Assembly (NCBI RefSeq): GCF_009914755.1
Contig: NC_060930.1
Length of the DNA stretch: 64,000 nt
Direction: 5' to 3' (one strand)
Source: the human T2T-CHM13v2.0 reference genome, Homo sapiens
The notes under the pieces were generated by a model that had not been told where the DNA came from, made no database searches, and worked only from the letters and a program-made list of their open reading frames with translations. This document shows positions 52,351-64,000 of this stretch, piece after piece (the first letter of the stretch is position 1; every line of letters begins with the position of its first letter). The translations under genes and the position numbers were made by a program.

Positions 52351-53474
52351 TGAGTTAAGAAGAATTAGTTGACAAAGTACTAACATACAATTAAAAGAGA
52401 GCATGTAAAGACAATTGCATGAGAATTTGCTGTATGAAAACGTCACTCTATGTCTTTGAGTGTCCCTGGGGTTATAAATACTCTTTCTTTAGAGAGTATG
52501 GCTTCATACTCCAATATCACTTAGAGTCACTTTATTGTGACAATTTTGTTTAATGGGTTCCAAAACACCGTAGAGGCAGGAACAAATATTTCAAATTCAC
52601 AGTACTTTTCCTGCAATACTGAAATTGAAAAACCACTACAACTTGGAAGCTGATTTTCTAATTCATTTGGTAGCAGAATATGACCTCACCTGAACTCAAC
52701 TGGTGGCAAATTGTTGTTTATTTATGTAATAATGTGAATAATCCTACATTATCTGCTGAAATATTAGCATGCTTTATTAAAGGGAACTGCTGGAGACTCT
52801 GGCTGGGATGTCACATAATATACAGAATATTTCTCATTAACATTCTAAAATCTGAAAAAGCCTCAATCTCAGAACCCATTTCACCTTAAGGATTTTGGAT
52901 AAGAGACTATAACCTATACTAACATTCTACTTGAAAGAAAACCGATGTTTGGATATTTAAGTAACTTGTGTAAGGCCATGAGTTGTAAGTGGGATAGCCA
53001 GGTTTGAACCCGATGCTGTGTGAGTCCAGGGTACAACTATAGAATCCATTACTGCATCCCCCTCAGCAACTTTCTTTCAATGGTTGTAGAGTTGTTCATT
53101 CAGCCACTTAACACTCATTGTGCAACTGGGGACCACAATGTGGAGGAAAGAGAAACTCTATGAGGATTCATATAATCTCCACTTGGCTATACTCAAAGAA
53201 TATAGATACATGTTAATGGGAGAGGTATCAGTCTGCCTGTTTGTCTGTCTTAACCAGGAAGATGGGTCAGAGTTGGAATGGAAACACCTTTTTTAATGTG
53301 AGGCAAGAAACTCAAAAGCAGAATCTCTCCTGTTGAGTGAACTGACATGTTCAGCCAGTACCTGCTATCACCGAAATTGCCCAGTTGAGTGGCTGCATGT
53401 ATAAAACATTTGAGTTCTCAATCAAAATAAACTCATTTTTGAAAATCCACTCTTTCCACGCTACAACTACTGCC

Positions 53475-53725
53475 GATAATAGCAAACATTGACTTCGTGC
53501 TCACAATTTTTCAAACACTGTTGTGAACACTTCATGTATTTCATTTCATTTAATGTTTAAAACAACCTTGTGAAGTAGGTAATATTTATTATCCTTCTTT
53601 TATGGATGAAGAAATCAAAGATTAGAGAGGTTTAGCAAATACTCAAGGATATGTAGCTAGTAAAGGGAAATAAAGGCTTCTAATCTATGCTGCTAGGCTT
53701 GAAAACAGTGGTTTATAACCATTTA
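53475..53725 (-). mobile_element. MIR SINE (further MIR pieces at about 52920-53050 and 53760-53910)
   Basis: aacaaccttgtgaagtaggtaatatttattatccttcttttatggatgaagaaatc. Confidence 0.75.
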
Positions 53726-55063
53726 GCACCTTGCGTTTCAAAAGTAAGCAATGATAGCAATAATAATAGCTACTACTTTTTGTAAGCCTACTATGGGTCA
53801 TATACTTTATAAACATTATCTCATTTTGCTGCCACAATAATCCCAAAAGCTTATTAACTGGGAGAACTAAGATTCAGATAGTTGTACAATTTGACTATGT
53901 CTGTACAGCTGCTAATTGCTCCTTTCTGTTACCAAGCCAAGACATTCAAGTCTGAGAAAGAAAAGGCTTCTATATGTGGTTTATCATACTGCTGTACACA
54001 AGGAGGGCAATTTTAGTTACTGGGGTGTAGTTTTTACAAAAGTTCAGGGTCAAAAGCAGTGAAAACTACGACAACTTACCCTTTTAGCCTCTAGTTTTGT
54101 AATTCTGTAAGGTTTTCTTACATACTTTTTCCCCTTTTTTTCCTTTCTTTCTTCTCCTCTCCTTGGAGAATACTTTATAGTGAAAGAGAAAAAGAGTGAC
54201 TTTGTTGACCCAGTGACTTGTTATACTGTTGAAATTCTTTTGGTAATGGCAAGAACAGGTATGTTTGTCTCGTAGGTATTTATCCCTGAAGACATTGAAG
54301 GACTTAAAGCCACCTCCAATAGAGTGGAAGACTAACTGGATCTGCTTTTTTTCCCCTCCATGGAACATGAAAGTGGGATAGAAATAGAATAATAATGAGA
54401 GGGGAAAAGAGTGGGTAGACTAGGAGAAGAAAGTATTCCTGAATGCCTATCTGAAACGGGTCCTCTGCAGGCTGAGAACTGACTCAATAGATGAAATAGG
54501 AAAATGTTTGCCACAACCCTTGTGTCCCAAGGGTAGGAGAGAAAGTCTCATGATAAGACTTCCTTTCTGGCCATGGGATGTTGTTACCTGTCTTTCCTGA
54601 CATTATGGGTACAACAAAGGGATTACACATAGGGGTGAAAATAAGGACAGTCAGTTGGTCTCTTTCTCTGCATTGATACCATGAGCAGGGATTCAATAAG
54701 AACTCAGGTAAATACAGAGGGTAGCATTTTCTTTTGGAAATATTTGAACATAAATGGGGGAAGGGATGGATATAGATGAGTAGGATGCCCAAGACAAATT
54801 GTTAGCCTGCAAAGTGCCTTAGTCAATCATTTTAGAGGAGGGCCAAGATAAATGTGTGAATGCTTCAGTGACAGTTGGCGTTGAGAAACCTGACTGACAA
54901 AAATAACATCAGATGACGTTTCAAGAATCAAGTTCCTTCGAAATTATTGCTTAGAGAAGTGTTTCAAAGCCACTTAGGAGCAATAGTAACTTTCTCAGTG
55001 CAGTGCAGTTCTGGCTATACCTGGAGTTAGGTTCAATATCACAGGTTTAGGGCAAAATTCTTA

Positions 55064-58000
55064 TGTTTGAAAAAGAAGAAAGGAAAACTTCAGCTGAATT
55101 AAATTTAAAAGAGTTTACTTGAATAAGAAATGATTCATGAATGGAGCACCCCCCCAAGCAAGAGTAGGATCAGAGACTCCAGTGCAGCTACAGGGTGGAA
55201 GAAGATTTAGGGATAGCAAAAGGAAAATGACTTAGAGAAAATGGAAGTGAGGTACAGAAATGGCCAGATTGGTTACAGCTTGGTGTCTGCCTCATTTGAA
55301 CCTGGTTTGAGGAGTTGGCCACCTTTGGCCAAAATTCAGTAATTGGCACTAGAATTGGCTGTAGTCTGTATACAACTCCATTTAGGTTATAGTTTACAAT
55401 GTATAGAGAAACCTTTAGGCTGAACTTAGAATATGTAAGGAGGCAGCTTTAGGCTAAACTTGATTGAATAATTTCTGCGTTTTGGTCATCCTCTCATCTT
55501 TTAACCACACAAGATTTCCATAAACCTTTCATTTCACATTTTCCCCAACTTGTAATATTCATCTTGTTTTATCTATTTTTCTTTTACCCCTTCAGTTTGA
55601 AGCCTTTATGTAAATTTAAACCAGACAAAATTTTTAACAAGCATATTTATGTCTTTATAATTTTTCTCATTAAATGCATATCTTACTTTTGTTTATACAC
55701 TTTGTATACAGAATTGCTTTTTTCATATCTAGTAGTTTTTAATTTTGGTAACCCTAATTTCTAGTGAAAACCATAGAAAGTAATTTTGAACTCTTTTATA
55801 TCAGTATTTGTAGATAAAAATCATTTTATAATTTTTTAGAAAGACACTTCTTCAAATTATTGTTTATTAGCAGATGTGAATATATTTACCTTTTCTATAC
55901 CATATAAAAATAACATGTCAATACATATAGGCTTAAACTCGTGAGGAACAATTGATATTTCAGTATTTTCACCTACAGAAGACTTAGACATTTTATGATG
56001 ATCAATTACTTAATGTGACATAACGTGACTCCAAGATTTTAAATTACTGAAAAGCATTTTGAAAGTATGACACAGCCTCCCCAATGTCTTCTGCCAGTCA
56101 TTCTAGGTCCCAAGTAGCCACATGGCACCAAGGAGGACTATGAAGTTCAGGGCCTGTCTGAGCCCATCAGGACAGAAGACAGGGCTATACCTGAAGGACT
56201 ATACCTGGAGGGTCCAACCCCTCCCTAAATAGCCAGGAGGCAAAACAGGGAAAGCAGAGGAAGAAAGGGCCATAACTGGGCTTGATTCTGGCTTGTAGCT
56301 GCTGGTCTAGGCATTAAGAACATGTCACCAGACCTCATGATGGCCACCTGAATCCAGACTCTAAACCAAAGGCATAAGCTCACAGTCAAATCAAGCAAGT
56401 ACCTAATTATATTTAACTGATAATTTCAAAGCCATTTCTGTTTTCCTAACAATTTAAAAACTAACTTTACCAAATATTATCACAGACACATAATGCAGAT
56501 TGACATGCAAACACAGGGAAGCAGATGTTGTAGCTTTCATAAAGGATATTCATTTGTCAGCTTTTAGTTTTTCTTTTCCCCATTTGATCTATCAATCTTC
56601 CAGTTACCTGTTTCATTGCCCTAAGGACTTGTTAACTAGGCAATAGAGTTTCATTTCTAAAGGGACAAATCTTAGGTAGAACAAAAACAAATTTCTATTT
56701 CATTAGCATAGAGCTAAGATTTTATGCCTAAATATTGTATCATCGTTTGCTCAAACCAGGGGGAAACAACTGGTCAAATAAAAGTTTACTTAAGACAAGA
56801 TGGCCAGAAAAGTACCTTAAACAAAGGTATGACTTATTTTGTAAATCTAGGAGGATAGTAAGTATTTCTAATGTACATAGGCAGACATTCTTAAAAATGG
56901 ATATTTCCCTCTTAGATTTAAATTTCTTTTACAAAAGAGTTTCAAGATAGCCAATTAAATTCCAGAAAGGTGTATTTTAGTCAATAGGGTGTTCTTTTCA
57001 ACTTAGCTACCATTTCTTAGCTAAAATTATTGAGTTCAGGGTGAAGCCCCTAAGGAACAGCGCAAAGAAAGCATTCTCTATGCTTGGCCTCTGCATCAAT
57101 AGACCTAAAAAAGAAACAAGCCTATTATACCTGAATACCTACCTTTTATAAACACTTTATCTAAGATAGCTTTCTTTCCACCTTTGGAATGGAATAGTAT
57201 CTAAGCCAAAAGTTTAGCAGATTTAATTTTTCTTATCAGTTAGTCACAAGCTTTTTATTTATCTTTTATAAAGTCTTTAAATAAAAAATACTGAAATCTT
57301 TTTAGAAGCTTCTGCATGTCAGTAGGCATCCCTAGATGAGACTAATTTGGGAGTCCTTATTTTCAAATGCACTTCTTCAGTGCGGTATTGTTAATTTGGA
57401 ATGTTCCACTGTAACTTCTCTTTAGAAGATTTTGCCATTTCTGTAAGAATTTGCTGCTTCCAGGGCCTAATACGTATGCGTGTGTAAGCTGGAAGTTATT
57501 CAGTTCTTCAGAAACTAAGGATTTCATTTTTGCCTCAAATATATTTGGCACTCAAGTCACCTTGATCAATGTAGCCAATGATTTTTTTCCCTACCTAAGC
57601 ATGTAAGAAAAATGAAACAAAGGAGGTAGAAAACAAAAATCCCTATGAATTTCCAAAATCCAAATTTTATACCTCCTGCAGTACTGCCATTTACTACCAG
57701 TTTCTTTCTGACCCAGTGAGACGTAAGAGGCCTCTAATTGGATTCAACTCAGTTAGTTATCAGATCCAATCTGATGCTGGACCCAGTCCAGATTCTGTCA
57801 CAACTTCCTAACCCAGTTTGGATTAGAAATTTGCTCAAAGAAACTTGGGGAGCTCAAAACCCAAATCTGTTGAGCGTTAGAATCCAAGAGAAAACTTACC
57901 ATGATCCTCAGTTGCTCTGAGGGAGCAATGGACACAATGATACCTCACTTGGTCACTCAGCACTCCTGGGGGTTGTTAGAAGCTCTCCTTTGGATTCTAC

Positions 58001-58410
58001 TTCTGACACCACCTGTTAAGACAAAAACTTTAGCCAAATTAAATTTAAAAAAGTTTAATTGATCAAAGAACAATTCATAAACTGAGTTAGTCTCCCAAGC
58101 CAGAATAGGCTCAGAGACTCCAGTGCAGTTATATGGTGGAAGATTTATGAACAGAAAAAGGAAAGTGAGGTACAGAAAATGGAGGTGAGGTACAAAAACA
58201 GCTGAATTGGTTACAGGGTGGCATCTGCCTTATTTGAACATTGTTTGAAGAGTTGGCCACGTTTGACAGTCCAAAACTCCGTGATTGGCACAAGAGAAGG
58301 CTACAGTCTGTTTACAACTCAATTTAGGATAGTTTACAATGTACAGAGAAACCTTTAGGCTGAACTCAAAATATTTAAGTCGGCAGCTTTAAGCTAAACT
58401 TGATTTAACA
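55064..58410 (-). mobile_element. Two-LTR MER57-family non-autonomous provirus (3.35 kb)
   Basis: LTRs at 55064-55470 and 58014-58410; PBS 57994-58011; PPT-like segment after 55470; near-perfect 4-bp TSD ctta/ccta. Confidence 0.9.
57994..58011 (-). promoter_or_regulatory. Retroviral primer-binding site, tRNA-Leu type
   Basis: Minus strand TGGTGTCAGAAGTAGAAT, 16/18 to the tRNA-Leu(CAA) complement, 2 nt after the LTR end ...ttaaca. Confidence 0.85.
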
Positions 58411-59719
58411 CCTATATGACTACATTCACTTCGGACACCAACTGCGAATTTAAGAGTTCTTGGGCCATCTGTACTTCTGTCAACTGGTTACTAATTTGGG
58501 GGCTCCCACTACCCTGTCAGGTTGATAATTTGCTGGAATGACTCCTAGAACTCAACAAAGCACTATACATATAATCATAGTTTTATTATAAATAATACAA
58601 ATCAGGACCAGTCAAAAGAAGAGATGGACAGTGTGAGGTCTGGGAAGGTCCCAGATGCCAAGTTTCCTTGTCCTCAGGATATATCACCTTCTTGGCTCAT
58701 CAATATATATTACTAACCCAGAAGCTCATTCAATCTTCAGGTGTTCAGAGTTTTTGTTGGAGTCTTTCCACAGAAGCATGATTGACTGAATCATTGGCCA
58801 TGTGATTGAACTCAATCTCCAGCCCCTTTCTCCTCCTTGGGATTGGGCTGGATCAAAGTTTCGACCCTGTAAATGGGTGATTGGCCTTTCCAGCAAGGCC
58901 AGCCCTATTCTTGAAACTATTCATGGGCCCACTATACGTCATCTCATTAGCACAAACTCAGACAAATTTCCAGGGGCCATGATTAATAACAAAGACATTC
59001 CCTATAACTTGGGAAATTCCAAGGGTTTAGAGCCTCCCTCCCAGGAACCAGAGACAAAGACCAGCAAAATTCTTTATTATACTCACTCAGGTTACATTAC
59101 AGAACAGAGTACCAATAAATACACTATTTTCTGGGGTTTCTCAGAAAAGTGCTCTCTCATTTCCTATCCCATCACCCCAGTCACTTCCCACTTAATTTTT
59201 TGGTTAAAGAGGGATACTCCAGCAGTTCCTACCTTCCAGGAACACCTGTAGGGAGAGGCATGGGACTTCACCTTCCCTTCCTGTTGCTGATGTGTGCCAA
59301 TGCTGCCTTTTCCTCTGGGTCCACACGGTTGTCTGAATCAGGCAATCCTTATGCTGATGGCAGGGATGGAACTCGTAGAAGCTCATCTGCCTTCCATTCC
59401 ACACAGGGTAGCTTTTCTCTCTCACTCTTCTTTCACTTCTTCATTGAGTCCTTGGGGAAAGAAATCCAATAAGCTCCTGTCATCTGCCCATTCGCTATCA
59501 GAAACTGATTTGTCTGCTTACTTTAAGAAGGTGCACTTTGAAAGTGACCAATGAGCTTTTTCACCCTATCTTGTGTTCCATTTAGGACTCCTTTCACTTC
59601 TCAACCTTCTGTTTATTCTTATGGAAATGGTCAAGAGGAAGTTTTTTTTTTTTTTAATGGAGCTTTGAAGTTATTATATAGTTTGGTTGTGCTACAAGCC
59701 CTCTGCTCTTCACTTACAC

Positions 59720-60437
59720 TGAAACCACCTTTGCAAAGAATATGACAGTAAGAGAAATATACCACATTGACTCCATCTTCCTTCTAGCCTCACAGGCTGG
59801 CTGTCTTCAGTCTTTCCTGGGCACAGGCTAAGCTAACCTTGGGAGGAATTTAGTTTATAGTTTTACTTGGAAGCAAGGATGATAATAGTCCCTCCCTAAA
59901 ACTTTTCCCCTCCTTGTTTGGGGGCTGAAACCACCTTTGTAAGACTAATATTATAAAAAACCACAAGATTATGATTATGGGAGGGGTCTGAATTCTGCTA
60001 ATATGTAGGCGTAGTTTCTATAATCCCTTACTGTTCGGGAGTCATGTGGTCAGAGGTCGCAAGATTTTTGACTTCCCCAATTGTTCCTGTAGATAACATC
60101 ACCATGGTAGAAACTAAGATTAGTCTTTTGAGATGTTTTTCAGACACATTCTGACTCATAACCCAGTGTGTTCTGTGATTCCCTACCCAGAGGTGGACTC
60201 ATGAGGACAGTTTTCTATACTCCTATGAGTGCATCCCCAACCAATCAGCTGCATCAAACTATCTTTGAAAAACTCTAACCTCTGAGCCTTCAGGGATGCT
60301 GATTTAATAACTTTGTCTACTAAATGGTTAGCCGGGTGTTAATTAAACTCTTTTTTTTACTGTGGTAAAAATACCATGGTCTCAGTGAATTGGTTTCATC
60401 TGTGCAGAAGGCAGGATGAACCTGTCAGGGGATTACA
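59720..60437 (+). mobile_element. LTR8-family solo LTR
   Basis: tgaaaccacctttgcaaag...gactccatctt...aattaaactc...ggtctcagtgaattgg...gggattaca. Confidence 0.85.
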
Positions 60438-62423
60438 ATAATGAAATGGTAGATGTGGCTATAAGATTTGAGACTCTGTCTCTTTAAAAAAGCTACTCAT
60501 GTTGAGTGTATTGTAACCACATTAGTTCTAAAGACGGTGAAGATAATCCTCACTTTATTGGTTTCACCTTGGTTTTTATTGATAGGAAAAAAGAAGAATA
60601 ACCATATACATGGCTAATCCCTTGGAAATCTAAACCAGTAGAGTGTTGACCATTAGTTAATACTTTTGTTTGCTTTTTCTAAAAGGCAGTTCATTATAAG
60701 GGGTATTTTAGTATCTTTCTTAAGTAAGTGGTAAACTCTTTCATCAAAAATTATTGTGAAATATTTCAGAACGCTTACTTTTCTTATCATTAAAACAGTG
60801 GAGGTGATTATATTCAGGGTTCCTATTGTGATATATTCTATTTCCTTCTCATTCCATATTATGGGTTAATTGTCTAGTTGCCTATATTTTTCCCTATAGA
60901 GGAAGATATGAAATCATAATTTCACTAGCTCTGCCAAGCCATAATGCAATCTAGATTTTTTAGCCTGAAGTCCTCCTGAATTTTCAGTAGCAGTGATTTG
61001 GGATCAGGTCATCAAGTTTCTCCATAGGACTGTCTTTATGGTGCTGAGACAATCTCACTCCAGAGTGGGAGACCTATTTGGGTTGCCCTTGCTGAGCTAA
61101 GCTGCTCTGTCTCATCAGGTACATTAACAGGAGTGTTAATGCCAATGCTTTTTATCTAGTAATTAAAAAGAGTAACTAAAAGAAAAAAAATTTTAAAAAG
61201 AAATACAATATCTAACTTAAAAAAGTAAGAAAATGTTCAGTTTTATTTTTATTAGTATTAGCATTAGAAGTATGATTCAGTATGAGTACTTTAAAACTTA
61301 GAAACAGCCACCAGATGCTAAAGGTTCACCTGTGACCACAAACCTAGAACTCTTAGCAAGAAAAAATGTATAGAAAGGATAGAATTGAAAGCTGAGAACC
61401 TCTGGAGAACACATGGTTGAAGGGTCACTGGCATTGAAAACTGAGGCTCTTTACTAATACTATTTCCTATTAGGAAAGAGCCTCAATTAAGACAGACGTA
61501 TTATATCTGAAAGAAAGAAACAAAGTGTATTTAGGAAAAAGAAGAGTTAGCTGATCCATCAGTCAAGCTAGCCTTCTGGAAAATAACAATCCACACATTA
61601 GGTAAGGAGAATGTTTTCTCATGTAAAAGGCAACTTGAGACTAACCAAGGCTGACTATAATGCAAATGCAAAAAAGGATTACAAACATATTGCTGGATGA
61701 TACGGGATTATGGCCTAGAAAAGTGACTACCCTTTGTTACTAGGCAAAAAGACAAAAATATCAATTGTTTATCAAGAGGGTGGGAATTAGGTTAAGAGAG
61801 AGATAAACAGCATGTAATTAACTTTATAATTACTCAATTTGTTTAAGCCATTTTATATCTACTTCTGTTTGACAGTTTTTAACTGTGCTTAGAAATGAAA
61901 ATAGAATTATAACTTTTTTAGAAGGCTAATGGAAATTAATATATAGTCTTTTAGAAAATTTGAAAAAATACAGAAAAGTATAGAAAAACAAAACATTCAC
62001 CTTCAGTTTACCTTTAAGGGTAAATGCTATTAACAAAATATTTACATATAAATATTAGTTTGGACAAGAATAGGGTTATATTTTACATGCTCCTTTGTAG
62101 TTTATTATTTTTTCTTGATATAGCCTGGATTTTCTGGAGACCAACAGATAAAGAAGCTATGCCTAATTATTTTAATACCTGTCTTTTATCCCATCATCCA
62201 TTTATATCAATAATACTTTTTAAAAAATGTTGTTCTTAAAATTATCGGTGTCTGTAATTCTAATCATTCTATTCTTGGTGTCCACTCCTTACCCATAGAT
62301 GCGAGTGGTTGGGAATCAAGCCTTCTTCTTGCTTAAGGCCAATGTGGGTATTTATCAGAGTCCTCTTTTCTCCTTTTCTTTCTTTATTTTTTTACCAGCT
62401 ATATGGCTTAAAAGATCATCTCA

Positions 62424-62699
<276 letters not shown>

Positions 62700-64000
62700 C
62701 TACTGTGAAAATGTAGGAAGACAATGGCTGATTAGTTGGACATTGTTATGGACAATACTTGCTAAATGAGAAAACCAATGACAAGGCACCAAGGAATTAT
62801 ATTTAAGAAGAATAAAACACTGAAGTTGTATATATTCCTGAAAGGATCCTTGAATAGAAACAGAAATATTCTGAGAAAGTTTATAAAAACACTCAACTAT
62901 GGGGAAAACAAAGTTTAAAGTATACATGACTTCTTACAATTAAGGATTGGCTAAAAAAAGAGTCAACAGCTACTTGAATTTTCCTAATTTGGCTCTATTT
63001 GCATCGTCTGTTGGAGTATACTAATTGGAATTATAATATTTTTATTTAGTTGTATTAACAAAGAAAGGCATTTTTGATTAGTACAAATTTAAAAAGTAAT
63101 AAAGGAAAAATATATTTCACTTACTTACCAAGTTAACGCCTTAGAGCTTGATGATTCAGACCAGAAGTCAGTTCTTATAGCAATATTTATCTCAAGAACA
63201 GGCTATATAATCCTATACAAAATATCTATAGAAAAATAAACACACTTCAATTGTAGTGTATAATTGTCAATAAATTTTATTGCTGTTTTATCTTAAAATT
63301 TTATGGCCTCCATGAACATAGCTGACAGAGAAACTCTCTTAATTTAATTAATGCTTTCTCTGCAATCACTGTGAGTACATTTTAAATTGTTAACAAATGT
63401 CACATAGACAATTCACTAGAAGTCCTCTTTCAGAATAAGATTGCCATATATTAATCTGCAGTGAGTTTACCACACTTTGCCTGAATCTTTAAGGTAGTAG
63501 AATTCTCATGTGGTGTTACCTATCAGATAATGTTAGTATTTCTATAATCAAGTAAAGGTTTTTATCTTGTAAACAAATAACGATACTCAGGAAAACATGA
63601 AATGCTCTTCCAAAACTTTCCATTTTTCATTAATCAAGGAGAAAGGCCTCTAGCAAACAGACCCCATTGCCTCTTGGTTGTAGCATTAACATGATTACAT
63701 AGGAATGCACAGAAACATGAAATCTATGACGTGTAAACTTGTCAACAAGGCATGTTTATCAAATGCTATAGAGCATCCATGTGGCCAAATATATTGCCAG
63801 GATGCTGAATGGCTCCATTCTTTTCTTTAGGTAGAAAGCATTAGGAGGCATTTCTGTGGATGACAAGATTTCCTGTAGTGGATTTTTGCCTGGTGATCAT
63901 CTGTTACCCCTTCCCCTTTCATTATGGTAGTTAAATGTTCATCCAGGAGTCTAATTCTTGCCCATGGGGCACCGAAGCTTTAGGGGAATTCTATCCCTTC

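Larger units (their letters stand above)
54995..59085 (-). mobile_element. MER21-type LTR split by the MER57 provirus (pieces about 54995-55063 and 58411-59085)
   Basis: cctggagttag...cacaggtttagggc | ...cacttcggacacca...gataatttgctggaatgactcctagaactca...gggaaattccaagggtttag...ccaggaaccagagacaaagacca. Confidence 0.75.

Noticed and set aside
58802-59251. Longest ORF (149 aa)
   Set aside because: Lies mostly in a MER21 LTR, starts at GTG, no recognisable domain.

Overview
This is human (primate) genomic DNA: AT-rich, CpG-depleted and repeat-dense. I can support no intact protein-coding gene; the ORF track reflects L1, Alu, SVA, LTR and simple-repeat translations. The window records successive transposition: MER57-type ERV1 elements (one two-LTR provirus with a tRNA-Leu PBS, one partial provirus, one solo LTR), THE1/MST/MLT/LTR16/MER21/LTR8 LTRs, L1PA3 and L1M copies, several Alus, a U13 snoRNA retrocopy, and DNA transposons (HSMAR2, MER2, MER58, MER33, a near full-length Charlie-type hAT fossil, a probable pogo/Tigger fossil). 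The standout is a 1.1-kb minus-strand insertion at 45348-46467. It is a MAST2-exon-bearing SVA_F1 that carries two nested pairs of target-site duplications, three poly(A) tails, and both 5' and 3' transduced flanks, so it records several successive retrotransposition steps. A repeat-poor block at about 39.2-41.2 kb holds an RFX X-box and clustered TCF/SOX motifs (candidate enhancer). Subfamily names come from recalled consensus sequences, not database searches.
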